From Myxococcota bacterium (GTDB taxonomy: Bacteria; Myxococcota_A; UBA796; GCA-2862545), in contig JBCCQY010000065.1 in assembly GCA_039208735.1 (NCBI GenBank), forward strand, positions 1 through 44,051: a stretch of 44,051 nucleotides of DNA. Reading direction: 5' to 3'. Within the stretch, counting starts at the first letter, position 1; every line of letters begins with the position of its first letter. Under the pieces are notes generated by a model that saw only the letters and a list, made by a program, of their open reading frames with translations, did not search any database and was not told the DNA's origin. A program made the translations under genes and the position numbers. Shown here one piece after another: positions 29,099 to 38,825 of this stretch.

Positions 29099-29536
29099 AT
29101 GTCTGACATTCGCCACTATCGTTGTTCGTCGTGCGGCGGCGTAAACCGTCTGCCTGCAGACAAGGTCGGCAACAACCCTACCTGTGGCCGCTGCGGAGCG
29201 TCTCTCGATGCCCGAGCCGCGCCCCAGAAGGTCGATGACGACGAGCTCGAACACCTGATCGCGAACGCTCCAGTGCCGGTGCTTGTCGACTTTTATGCCG
29301 ATTGGTGTGGGCCTTGTCGCGCACTCGCTCCGACGGTGGCCGAACTCGGCCAAAACCACGCCGGTGACCTCATCATCGTCAAGGTCGATACGGACGACAA
29401 CCAACGGGTCGCTCGCTCCCTGGGCGTTCGAGGAATTCCCGCCCTCTTCCTCTACAAGGGGGGTCAGGTGGTCGAACAGGCCGCGGGCGCCCAATCGCTC
29501 GGGGCCCTCGAGGAGCTAGTCGAAAAGTACCTTTAG
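29099..29536 (+). CDS. trxC: Thioredoxin 2 (Zn-finger thioredoxin)
   Basis: N-terminal CSSC/CGRC zinc knuckles and active site WCGPC. AGGAG RBS. Confidence 0.92.
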   Translation: MSDIRHYRCSSCGGVNRLPADKVGNNPTCGRCGASLDARAAPQKVDDDELEHLIANAPVPVLVDFYADWCGPCRALAPTVAELGQNHAGDLIIVKVDTDDNQRVARSLGVRGIPALFLYKGGQVVEQAAGAQSLGALEELVEKYL

Positions 29537-30162
29537 GCTGGCTTCCGCGCCGTTAGAAAGACCACGGTCGACGATGCACCGACATCTGGCCGCTCGACGT
29601 CCACGAAGCCAGCCGCACGAATCTCCGCGATGGCTTGATCGGCCGACACGATGTCTACCCACGGCGCGCGACCCGCCCAACGCATCACCGTGAGCATGGG
29701 ACGGTAGGGAAACCAGGTGCCACCCAGGCACACGTTCGACGAAACGAAGAACCCGCCAGGCTTGAGCCACTCAAACGCCTTGGCGAGCACCGCGGGTCGA
29801 TCCGGAACCAGGTGGAGGATGCTGTAGGCGCAGACCCCATCGAGGCTGCCCGGTCCAAAAGCCTGCAACTGCGCGACCGTGCCTTCGTGGAAGACGACGT
29901 TGTCGACTCCTGCGCTAACCGCCTTCCCCCTTGCGATGCGCACCATTTCGGAGGAGATGTCCAGACCGTGGAGCTGCGCGCCGGTTTCCGCCAACCGCAG
30001 CGCGAGCGAGCCCGTTCCACAACCAATGTCGAGCACCACCTGGTCAGGCCCCATACGAGCCTTGGTCAACGCGATCTTTCGTTCGAAGGCATCGGGGTTG
30101 TCGACGGGCTTGCGCGAATACGACTCCGCCAACGAATTCCAGAATTGGGCGTCGGTTGTCAC
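29533..30162 (-). CDS. Class I SAM-dependent methyltransferase
   Basis: VLDIGCGTG, GLDISSEM and LKPGG. AAGGAGG RBS before a GTG start. Confidence 0.9.
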   Translation of the reverse strand: MTTDAQFWNSLAESYSRKPVDNPDAFERKIALTKARMGPDQVVLDIGCGTGSLALRLAETGAQLHGLDISSEMVRIARGKAVSAGVDNVVFHEGTVAQLQAFGPGSLDGVCAYSILHLVPDRPAVLAKAFEWLKPGGFFVSSNVCLGGTWFPYRPMLTVMRWAGRAPWVDIVSADQAIAEIRAAGFVDVERPDVGASSTVVFLTARKPA

Positions 30163-30184
30163 GGTTCCTCCTTGAGGGTCGTGC

Positions 30185-31105
30185 TCAACCTATGGGTTCC
30201 TTTCCCGTGGGGGGTGGTGCAAATTCCGAACCCGTCGGTGCGAAACTGCCCTGAAATAGAGGCAGGTGGGCCCGGAGAGCGGCAGCGACCCGCATTCGCA
30301 GGGCTCGGATCCGAGCGTTCGTCCGAAGGTCGGGATGGCTCAACAGCCACACGGTCGCCAGGTGCTGAAGGTCGGGCTTGGCAGCCCGGACGAGCCCCGG
30401 TTCCTGGTCGCCCACATAGACGGGCAGTTTGCCAAGACCAAACCCCTGCCGAATCGCCTGGACCATCAACCGCAACGATGCGAACGAACCCCACAATGGC
30501 AAGTCGGGATAGCTCGACGCTTTCGCCATCGCAAAAGCCTGCTTGCGGTCGTCAAAGGCCACCCAGCGTTTCGGCTGCACCTCACGCGCGTCCGCTGCGA
30601 CGTAGTTGGCCATGATGAGGGGAGCGAGCTTTACCCCGATGAGGTGTTCGGGGGGGCCCCCATCGAGTCCGATCACCCGGACTGCGAGGTCGGCTTCCCG
30701 TTTTGAAAGATCGAACAATCGACCGTCGGTGACAAAGCACAGCTCGATGTCAGGGTGCTCTGCACAGAGCCCCCGAAGATCACGGAGCAGAAGGTTTGCC
30801 ACCCAGTCGTCGCAGCACGTGACGGTCACGGGACCCGCGAGTCGCGCATCACGGCCCAGCAGATCACGTTCCATCGACATCATCTCGTGTTCGACGCTCT
30901 CGGCGGCGGGCAGCATGTCGGTGCCTGCTTCGGTGAGCGAGTAGCCTTGCCGGTGACGGTCGAAGAGCCGCACCGACAGAGCCTCTTCAAGCGACTCCAC
31001 CCGCCGCAGCACCGTGGAGTGACTCACGCCCAGCTGCATACCCGCTGCCCGCACCGAACCGGTCCGTGCCAAGGCCAGGAAGTGCCGGACGTCATCCCAG
31101 TCCAT
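30185..31105 (-). CDS. LysR-family transcriptional regulator
   Basis: HTH MDWDDVRHFLALARTGSVRAAG...LFDR followed by a substrate-binding domain. Confidence 0.95.
   Translation of the reverse strand: MDWDDVRHFLALARTGSVRAAGMQLGVSHSTVLRRVESLEEALSVRLFDRHRQGYSLTEAGTDMLPAAESVEHEMMSMERDLLGRDARLAGPVTVTCCDDWVANLLLRDLRGLCAEHPDIELCFVTDGRLFDLSKREADLAVRVIGLDGGPPEHLIGVKLAPLIMANYVAADAREVQPKRWVAFDDRKQAFAMAKASSYPDLPLWGSFASLRLMVQAIRQGFGLGKLPVYVGDQEPGLVRAAKPDLQHLATVWLLSHPDLRTNARIRALRMRVAAALRAHLPLFQGSFAPTGSEFAPPPTGKEPIG
30216..30232. promoter_or_regulatory. Putative LysR box (GGT-N11-ACC)
   Basis: GGTGCAAATTCCGAACC is a near-palindromic T-N11-A site ~55 bp upstream of the methyltransferase start. A related half-site GGTGCGAAA lies at 30237. 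Confidence 0.5.
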
Positions 31106-31107
31106 GG

Positions 31108-33282
31108 TCAGTCCGCGGCCCCCATCGACACCGTTGGTCCCGCCTGGGGTAAGCCTAAGATGTGGAGTTGCACATCCGTGCGTCGTCCCTCGACATCCAC
31201 CGCCTCAACCCGAAGCCGGTTCGGACCGGTGCGCAACTGCATCACCGGACGGATGACCAAGTCGGGCCCATCGCCCGGATGCCAGGCGATCTTCTCACCA
31301 TTCGCCCAGACGACCACATGATCGATGGGAACGCCATCCCCATCTCCCACTTCGATGGGAAGGGGCAGAAGCTGGGGAGGAGCCGCAAGTCCCGGAGCGG
31401 CAACCTGGACATCGGGACCGGGCTGCTTCGGACCCTCGACCTTCGGCAAGGTGAGCAAGTGCCTTCCCGCGCGCGTCACCCGACGTCCCACACGCACGAA
31501 GGCCTCGACCGCTTCGAGGCGAGATGGACCAGGGCGCGTCATCGTCACGATGGTCGCGCCACTCCGACGTGCCCCGGGCGCCACCCGACCAATCGCCATC
31601 ACCACACCATCGAGCAGTCGCGAGCGCGAACGCAGCTGCACCGCGACCTGGGGAAGGGGGACCTCCGCCTGCGAGTGAACCTCTGCCTCGACGCGGAGGC
31701 GGTCCTGGCCCACGGGGGTGACCACCACCGTGGTCTTTAGGTCGAGTGAAGCGGACCCTTCCGCAGGACGGGTCGCCGACCAGTCCAGGCCCACCCCCGC
31801 GGCCGCCACCGTCATGCGACGCTCCCCTTCTCGTCGCATCCCCTCTGCGTGATTGTGAAGGGCTTCGAGGATGGTGCTTCGGGCCGTGCGATTGCGGTCG
31901 TTCGAGGCAGCCAGGACCGCGCGCCGCGCCAATTCCACCTCCACATCGCCACCCGACGGCATGGCGGGCACAACGTCGGTCCATGGCACCGCGGCCGCCG
32001 GCCACCGGTAAAAGCCAAGCCCACGACCTTCAGACCGGACCTGTCCCACCCACACGTCAGGTTCAATGCCCATCCTGCCGATCCGGCGTTCGTTTAGCAG
32101 CACGTAGTGCGCAACCGTCAGATTGAGCTGCAACCCATCCCCGAGCGACAGCGGCTTCTGAACCGTCCCCTTGCCGTAGGTGCGCTGCCCGACGACGCCG
32201 GCGCGCCCATGCTCGATCAAGGCTCCCGTGAGGATTTCCGCCCCTGATGCCGTGCGCTCGTTCACGACGACCACGACCGGCATCTCAAGGTCATCGGGTC
32301 GGTCCCGGGCCACCATCTCGTGCTGGAGGTTCTCGATGGGTCCGCCATCACGGCCTGCCGTGCGCAGCAACAGTCCGTCCGACACGAAGAGATCGGCCAC
32401 GCGGGCCGCTTCCTTCATCGAGCCACCCGTGTTGTCCCGCAGATCGACGACAAGACCACGCTCAAGCGCACCTTTGGCATCCAGATCGTCGAGCGCCGCC
32501 ACCAAGTTCTGGACCGTCCGCTGGCTCACATGCTCGATGTGGACGTACCCCACCCCTCCTGCCAACACCGCGTGGCGCACGTTGGGAACCACGACCCGCG
32601 CCCGTCGCACCGACACCGCCCGCGCACCACCTCCAGCCCCATCTAGGGTCAGCATGACGGAGGTGCCCTGGGCGCCACGCAAGCGCTCATTGGCCTCGCG
32701 AACCGTGTCGATGACCGCACCGTCGATGGTGATCAGCCGGTCTCCAACCACCAACCCGGCGGACGCCGCAGGGCCCCTGGGCACCACGGAGTCCACCTGG
32801 ATGCGTCCATCGGAGAGCCCCAGCCCTACGCCGATGCCCGATTCGGTCCCCGACAACCGCACGCTAAACCCGTCGATGCGCTCCCCGGTGAGCACCCGCG
32901 AGTATCGGTCGAGGCTCCGTGCCAAACCGCGCAACACGGACCGTTCGAGGACTTCGGGGCGAGTGGCCTCGGTCTTCTCTACGGTGCCCACGATGCGCGC
33001 CAGCTCATCGAGGGCCCGGGGCAGATCGTTCATGTCGCGCGCCTCGACGGTGCCCAGCACGCGCCCATCGCCATGCTGCAGCACGACCTGCCGGCCCTGA
33101 AACGCAGCGCGCAGCCAGTGCACCCGGCGGGTCAGTTCGGTCGCTGCCGACCGCAGGAGCTTTGCTTCATCGACGTCCGCCCGATGCAGGTAGAGCCGGT
33201 CAATGTGATCGACCGCACGGGCGATCGGGGAGTCGGCCGCCCAGGCCGCCAGCGAACCGAAAATGTAGAGAAGCCACCACAT
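31108..33282 (-). CDS. S41 family C-terminal processing protease with PDZ domain
   Basis: GIGVGL PDZ loop, DLRDNTGG, TASGAEI (catalytic Ser) and TYGKGTVQ (Lys). C-terminal Ig-like extension. Confidence 0.9.
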   Translation of the reverse strand: MWWLLYIFGSLAAWAADSPIARAVDHIDRLYLHRADVDEAKLLRSAATELTRRVHWLRAAFQGRQVVLQHGDGRVLGTVEARDMNDLPRALDELARIVGTVEKTEATRPEVLERSVLRGLARSLDRYSRVLTGERIDGFSVRLSGTESGIGVGLGLSDGRIQVDSVVPRGPAASAGLVVGDRLITIDGAVIDTVREANERLRGAQGTSVMLTLDGAGGGARAVSVRRARVVVPNVRHAVLAGGVGYVHIEHVSQRTVQNLVAALDDLDAKGALERGLVVDLRDNTGGSMKEAARVADLFVSDGLLLRTAGRDGGPIENLQHEMVARDRPDDLEMPVVVVVNERTASGAEILTGALIEHGRAGVVGQRTYGKGTVQKPLSLGDGLQLNLTVAHYVLLNERRIGRMGIEPDVWVGQVRSEGRGLGFYRWPAAAVPWTDVVPAMPSGGDVEVELARRAVLAASNDRNRTARSTILEALHNHAEGMRREGERRMTVAAAGVGLDWSATRPAEGSASLDLKTTVVVTPVGQDRLRVEAEVHSQAEVPLPQVAVQLRSRSRLLDGVVMAIGRVAPGARRSGATIVTMTRPGPSRLEAVEAFVRVGRRVTRAGRHLLTLPKVEGPKQPGPDVQVAAPGLAAPPQLLPLPIEVGDGDGVPIDHVVVWANGEKIAWHPGDGPDLVIRPVMQLRTGPNRLRVEAVDVEGRRTDVQLHILGLPQAGPTVSMGAAD

Positions 33283-33342
33283 GAGTCGCGAATCGTACCG
33301 AACGACTCGCATGGCTCGCAAGCGATGGTTCCGCCATGCAAC

Positions 33343-34254
33343 TCAGTCGCGACCGTGGAGCAATCCAAGCTCGGGCAACCAATCGAAGACTTGGGTGCCG
33401 AGAAGCACGAATACGACGGTCGCAGCGTAGCCCAATCCTGCGAGCAACATGGGACCATCCTTGAGCAGGGTCTCGTCGGGGGCCCCGCCCTCACCATGGC
33501 GCTCGATGAGGTAGATGTACCGAAACACCCCATACAGTACAAACGGAATGGTCAACACCATCCAACGTGTGGGGCCCCGGACCGCATACAAAATGTAGGT
33601 GATGACCAGGGAGCTGGTGACGATGGCTTGAAACTGCTCGAGCATCGGCGGCGTGTATTCAGCCAGGTTCTTGCGAGTGCCGGCTTCGCTCCCCATCTTC
33701 ACGAGTTCACCACGACGTTTGTTGAACCCGAAGAACAGCGCCACGAACACCGTGCAAAGGAACAACCAGGAACTCACTTCGACCTGAACCGCCTTGGCGC
33801 CAGCGATGACCCGCCACAAGAACCCGCTCGACAGAAACAGCACATCGAGGATGACGATGTGTTTGAAGTAGAAGCTGTAGGACAGGGTGGTGGTGAGGTA
33901 GACCACCGCGACGACGAGGAAGCCCGGCGACACCCACCACGCCAGCGCCCCGCCCCCAACCAGACACAACGCGAGCAACAGCCACGCCGCCCAAAGAGGT
34001 AGAGCACCCGAGGCAATTGGGCGAAACTTCTTCTTTGGATGATTGCGATCGGCCTCTCGGTCGACGTAGTCGTTGAAGACGTAGCCAGCGCTGGCCAGCA
34101 ACGAAAACGCGACGACTCCAGCAAGCGCGAGAACTACCTTGTCGGTGTTGATGAACTCGCCACTAAACAGCAATGCGGGTAGCAAGAAGACGTTCTTGAC
34201 CCACTGCTTGGGCCGTAGCTGCCGGATGGCCGCTCCGAGGATGCGCATGCTCAC
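33343..34254 (-). CDS. UbiA-family decaprenyl-phosphate phosphoribosyltransferase-like protein
   Basis: LRPKQWVKN, YVFNDYVDREADRNHPKKKFRPIASG, KRRGEL and multiple TM helices. Confidence 0.9.
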   Translation of the reverse strand: MSMRILGAAIRQLRPKQWVKNVFLLPALLFSGEFINTDKVVLALAGVVAFSLLASAGYVFNDYVDREADRNHPKKKFRPIASGALPLWAAWLLLALCLVGGGALAWWVSPGFLVVAVVYLTTTLSYSFYFKHIVILDVLFLSSGFLWRVIAGAKAVQVEVSSWLFLCTVFVALFFGFNKRRGELVKMGSEAGTRKNLAEYTPPMLEQFQAIVTSSLVITYILYAVRGPTRWMVLTIPFVLYGVFRYIYLIERHGEGGAPDETLLKDGPMLLAGLGYAATVVFVLLGTQVFDWLPELGLLHGRD

Positions 34255-34271
34255 TCCATCTCGGACCGAGC

Positions 34272-35999
34272 TTAGCCCCCCGGCTGTCCACCTGCCGCAC
34301 TGAGCACGACGACGCGATGTTCTCCCCGGTTGAGGACGAGTTCTTCCTCGAAGACGACCCGTCCGCCGAGCTGAATGTCGACCGTATGGGGCTTACCCGA
34401 ACTCACTTGGGCATTGGGACCCACCCGTTCCCCGTCGATGCGGACCACCGCGGAAGCGGGGCCCACGATGGTGATGCGGGGAGCGGCGAGCATGGGGTCT
34501 TCGGCATCGACGATCTGGTACCCTGAGAGCAGCACGCCAAGCGTGGTGAGCAGCACCCCAAGTCCCAGGCCAAACACCAACGCGGTGAGCGCGATGGCTC
34601 CCCCGATGACCTGGCCCTGAGAACCCTCAAAGGGCCGCCCGCCCTGCACCACCTGACGCCGCACCGACGATGTACGGCCCGTATTGCCGGAGCGCCCTGG
34701 ACTCGAAGAGGGACGCCCGGCCGACCGATCGGGCGCAGGTCGAACCGATGCCGCCGAGCTGCGAGGTGCAAGCTCGGTTTCACGGGGCGCCGGGGGCTTG
34801 GACGAGTCTTCCGCATCGTCGTCCCACCCTTCGGGCATTCGACGGATCAACGTCGCCTGATCCTTGTCCTCAGACAGGTCGTCGAAGGTGTCGGTAAACG
34901 GGGATGTCTCCAACTTCTGGGTTGGCGGAGCGGGCAGTGAAGAGGCCCCACCGCGGCCCACCGGCGATTCCCGCAGCGCATCAAGCCGAGCGCTCGTATC
35001 GGCTTCTTCGAGTGCATTCGGACCCCGCGAGTCTCCGAACAACCCTTGGACGTAGGAGGCGAGCGTGGTGTGGGTAAAAATGAAGCCCGATTCATGGAAA
35101 AACTTGTCGAGGGCTTCCTTGAAGTCGGTGGCGGTGCCGTACCGCTTGGAGCGATCGGTCACGAGCGCCTTTTCGATCACCCGTTCGAGGGAGGCCGGAA
35201 CGTCGGGCCGAAGCTGACTCACGGGTAGGTACGTGCCCGCCTTGATGCGAGCGATGGTCTCCTGCTCGCTCGCGCCCCGGAAGGGATGCTGCCCGGTCAG
35301 CATCTCGTAGAGCAGTGCTCCGACGCTGAACAGGTCGGACCGCTGATCGAGGTCGGGCGCTCCCGAAGCCTGTTCGGGACTCATGTAATCGTAGCGGCCC
35401 TTCATGATGCCGTTGACCGTGCCCATGGCCTTGAGACTGGCTCGGGCAATGCCAAAGTCTGTGAGCTTCACCTCACCCTGAAAGGACAGCAGTACGTTCG
35501 GCGGCGTGATGTCGCGATGGATGATGTTGAGCGAGACCGGACGGCCTCCCTTCATCACCTCGCGGGTGTGCGCATACTCCAATCCCTTGAGCAACTCGAG
35601 GGTGACGAACACACAGTGGGGAACAGGCAAGCGCGTGCCCTTTCGCTGGCTGCGGTCGAGTACGGCGCCGAGATCACGGCCGTCCACGTACTCCATCGCG
35701 ATGTACCACATGCCATCGACCTGCCCAAGGTCGACGATCTGCACGATGTTGGCGTGCGAAAGCAGGCCTGCGACCTTCGCCTCCTCAACCAACATGCCCA
35801 CGTACTCTTCGTTGCGAGACAGGTTGGGCAGGATGCGCTTGATGGCGAAGGTGCGTTGGAATCCCCCCACCCCTTCGAGTCGTGCCTTGTAGATCTCGGC
35901 CGTTGCCCCGGTCGCAATACGCTCGAGGATCTGGTATTTACCGAAAGATTGGATGGTAGGCTGAGCCACGGTCCCCGCGCGCTGGGGCGGAGAGGCCAC
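34272..35999 (-). CDS. Membrane-anchored Ser/Thr protein kinase
   Basis: Motifs AIKRI, HRDITPPN, DFG, YMSPEQ and DLFSVG. TM helix near the C-terminus. Confidence 0.95.
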   Translation of the reverse strand: MASPPQRAGTVAQPTIQSFGKYQILERIATGATAEIYKARLEGVGGFQRTFAIKRILPNLSRNEEYVGMLVEEAKVAGLLSHANIVQIVDLGQVDGMWYIAMEYVDGRDLGAVLDRSQRKGTRLPVPHCVFVTLELLKGLEYAHTREVMKGGRPVSLNIIHRDITPPNVLLSFQGEVKLTDFGIARASLKAMGTVNGIMKGRYDYMSPEQASGAPDLDQRSDLFSVGALLYEMLTGQHPFRGASEQETIARIKAGTYLPVSQLRPDVPASLERVIEKALVTDRSKRYGTATDFKEALDKFFHESGFIFTHTTLASYVQGLFGDSRGPNALEEADTSARLDALRESPVGRGGASSLPAPPTQKLETSPFTDTFDDLSEDKDQATLIRRMPEGWDDDAEDSSKPPAPRETELAPRSSAASVRPAPDRSAGRPSSSPGRSGNTGRTSSVRRQVVQGGRPFEGSQGQVIGGAIALTALVFGLGLGVLLTTLGVLLSGYQIVDAEDPMLAAPRITIVGPASAVVRIDGERVGPNAQVSSGKPHTVDIQLGGRVVFEEELVLNRGEHRVVVLSAAGGQPGG

Positions 36000-36049
36000 C
36001 CCGTTGGTGGAGAGCTTACCCCACCCTCGAATCCAGGCTACCTGGCCCT

Positions 36050-36568
36050 ATGGACCTGACCCCGAATCTGATCGTCTTGTGGCTTGGCGTGCTCGTCGGG
36101 GCCATCACCGACGTCCAGCAGGGACTCATCAAAAACTGGCTCACGTTTTCGCTGATGGCCTTCGGGATTGTCTACCACGCCTTGGTTGGGCCAGACCGGT
36201 GGTTTGGCCTTACCGGATGCGCCACGGCATTCGCCCTGCACTTCGTGCTCTACCTGTTGACCATCCAGAAGGCAGGTGACGCCAAGCTCTTCATGGCCAT
36301 TGGGGCGTGTGCGGGCACCCGCGAGATGCTCGAAACCTCGGTCTGGTTCGCCATCCTCTACCTTCCGGTAGGCCTGCTCACGTTGGCCGTCAGGGGGCGG
36401 CTCTCGAACCTCATTGCAACCATTCGCTGGTCCATTCAAAGCGCCATGGGGCATCCGGCCGCGGGTGAACAGCCTGAGCCCACGATGATGATCGCCGGGC
36501 CCACGATCTTGGTCGCGACGTTGCTTGCCGGTAGCACCGACGCGGTCAAGGGATTGCTCTTCGGATAA
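36050..36568 (+). CDS. A24 family prepilin peptidase (CpaA/TadV-like)
   Basis: AITDV...IKNWLT and AGDAKL aspartate motifs. Confidence 0.88.
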   Translation: MDLTPNLIVLWLGVLVGAITDVQQGLIKNWLTFSLMAFGIVYHALVGPDRWFGLTGCATAFALHFVLYLLTIQKAGDAKLFMAIGACAGTREMLETSVWFAILYLPVGLLTLAVRGRLSNLIATIRWSIQSAMGHPAAGEQPEPTMMIAGPTILVATLLAGSTDAVKGLLFG

Positions 36569-36587
36569 GCTCCGCGCGGAGGCTCGC

Positions 36588-37205
36588 ATGTTTGCCTGGC
36601 TCGCGCTTTTCGTCGGATCGTCGGCTGCAGCACCCTCGACTTGTGAACCCTACCGGGGGGTTCAGTTTCGGGTGGATCTGGCCATGATCACGGATGCGAT
36701 CGTCGATGGCGACTTCGCAGAAGTGCGGTCACGCCTCGGTCAGGTCGGCGAACGGCTTCCTTGCAGCAACCAGGTGGTGGATCACCGATTGTTCGCCAAA
36801 TTTGCCCGCTACATGGCCCTTTCTCACCACACGGCCCAAGACGATGTGGGGGCCACCCGCTGGTTGCTCTCGTCCAAGGTCAGTGCCCCCAAACTCCCTT
36901 GGAATGACGCGGCGTTTCCCCCGGATCATGCTTTGCGCAAGCTCGAACGGAAACTAGGATGGCCGGCGCCGGGGCCCCTCGAACACGGATTGAGACCTCC
37001 CCGCAATGGGGGCATCTTTCTCAATGGTCAGCTCGCCCTGGACGCGAGTGCCCCCGAGGGCGTGCCCTACTTGGCCCAAGCATTCGACCGCAAAGGACGT
37101 CGGGTCGATGCGTGGTGGCAAGAGGGCGGCACATTCCCGGCGGACTACCTCGCCGGCAGCTTCCGGGACGTGTCGCGACCCCGTTGGTGGCGACCCGCCA
37201 CCTAA
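36588..37205 (+). CDS. Secreted hypothetical protein
   Basis: GGAGG RBS and signal peptide MFAWLALFVGSSAAA. Confidence 0.65.
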   Translation: MFAWLALFVGSSAAAPSTCEPYRGVQFRVDLAMITDAIVDGDFAEVRSRLGQVGERLPCSNQVVDHRLFAKFARYMALSHHTAQDDVGATRWLLSSKVSAPKLPWNDAAFPPDHALRKLERKLGWPAPGPLEHGLRPPRNGGIFLNGQLALDASAPEGVPYLAQAFDRKGRRVDAWWQEGGTFPADYLAGSFRDVSRPRWWRPAT

Positions 37206-37211
37206 GGCCGC

Positions 37212-38753
37212 CTACTCTGGCGGGTCCTCAGGAATCAGCAACCCCTGATCTGCGAGGGCCCGTAAAGAGGCGGGTCGGCCGCGAACGATCGCAAGCTGGC
37301 CCAATGCCGCGCCAATCGCCAGTCGCTCGTCCGCGTCACGATGGTGGAGCAGCGCATTGACGAACGCGACGATTCTTCGCAGGTCATGCGCTTCATCCAC
37401 CGGAGCCCCGAGGGCCCGAAACCGCAGTCCATCCATCCATGCCAAGTACACGCGACGGGGCTGGCGCGTATCGGACGGTTCCCCAGCCGCCCAGGTGAGA
37501 ACCGAACTGTCAACCACCAACCGTGCAAACTCGATCAGTTCGGCCAACCCCCAGGCCGCACGGTCGGGGTCGTAGTAGCCCGCCTGGCTCCAAAGTCGTG
37601 CTTGCCCCGAATGCACCAAATGCTCGATGGGTAGGGCCACGTCCGGCGATAGGAAGGGGCCAAACCCCGCCTCTTCGAGGGCCGCAACCGTCCCCGAGAC
37701 GTCGTTCAGCGATCTGGCGACCCCAGCCCACCCCTCCGGAGCTGCGTCAAGCGGGGCGCTCTCAATGAGCTGCCGTGCCCGTTCCGCGTCGTAGCGTGCC
37801 AATCCCACGAGGCATCGAATGGCGGTGTCGCTCCCGTAGGTCGTGGCGAAGGCGTCTACCGCGCACTCTTCCGTCATCGCAAGGAGGGCCCCTTGGTACG
37901 TGGGGTTCACCGCGATGGCGCGGGCCACGTCAAAGTCGGCCCACAACAAGGTGCTGTAAGCATCGTAGTCTCGCACCTCCTGCTCACACCAATCACTCGA
38001 CGCATCGGTGCACGCCGCGTTGTAAGCCGCCTGCATCTCGGGGTCGTCGCGCCCCCACAGCCGCGTCCCAATGAGATTGCGAACATCCGGTTCAATCGCC
38101 AGTCGATGCAGCGCCAAGAGCGCCTGACCCGCATCGGGAGAGGCATCCGCCGCCAAGGCGCCCAACATCGCGACATCCGCGGCCAGCAGATAGCCCTCGA
38201 CGACGTGCGGCTCGACAATACTCACGATGCGCTCGGTGCTGGGGTTTCCCACCCCTTGCGCCCAATACGTGACCCAATCGTCGGGAGAATCGGGCTCCGC
38301 CACCGCCGCCGCCACCGCAGGGTCGTTCGCGCAGGCATCGACGAGCATGAGATGAGCGAGAGGCTCGTCGGCGAAAACCTCCAGAGCCCAAGGGCAGTAC
38401 GTCGCATCGACCATGTCGGGCGTGCACCCCCCGAGCACATCGAGCCAGTCCGTCTGGCGTTCGAACACCACCCGGTGGGCCACATCGTCGCGGTAGCGGG
38501 AACGTCCACAGACTCCACGTCGCAACTGGGTCCGCGACGGCCACTCCCAAGGGGCCGTGCGAAGATCTCCCGCGACAGGCGGCACGTTCGCCGCGAATCG
38601 AGAAGGACGTTCGCGGGGCGCGGTGGTGACCACCGCTCGGAAGGTGACCCCTTCGACGATCGGAGGCGGCACCACCCGGCGCGGTCCGTCATCGGCCCCA
38701 AGGCCCGGTACGGTGCAACCCACAAAGGCCAACGCGACGAAGAGCTGATGCAC
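37212..38753 (-). CDS. Hypothetical lipoprotein (helical, Cys-containing)
   Basis: Long ORF. Lipobox-like FVGC after a GTG at 38753; start uncertain. Confidence 0.65.
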   Translation of the reverse strand: MHQLFVALAFVGCTVPGLGADDGPRRVVPPPIVEGVTFRAVVTTAPRERPSRFAANVPPVAGDLRTAPWEWPSRTQLRRGVCGRSRYRDDVAHRVVFERQTDWLDVLGGCTPDMVDATYCPWALEVFADEPLAHLMLVDACANDPAVAAAVAEPDSPDDWVTYWAQGVGNPSTERIVSIVEPHVVEGYLLAADVAMLGALAADASPDAGQALLALHRLAIEPDVRNLIGTRLWGRDDPEMQAAYNAACTDASSDWCEQEVRDYDAYSTLLWADFDVARAIAVNPTYQGALLAMTEECAVDAFATTYGSDTAIRCLVGLARYDAERARQLIESAPLDAAPEGWAGVARSLNDVSGTVAALEEAGFGPFLSPDVALPIEHLVHSGQARLWSQAGYYDPDRAAWGLAELIEFARLVVDSSVLTWAAGEPSDTRQPRRVYLAWMDGLRFRALGAPVDEAHDLRRIVAFVNALLHHRDADERLAIGAALGQLAIVRGRPASLRALADQGLLIPEDPPE

Positions 38754-38825
38754 GCAGACGTTCTCCCGCAGCCAGAGTAATCCACGGAAGCGGACCGCCG
38801 GTCGAGACCGCATGGAGGAGAAGGG

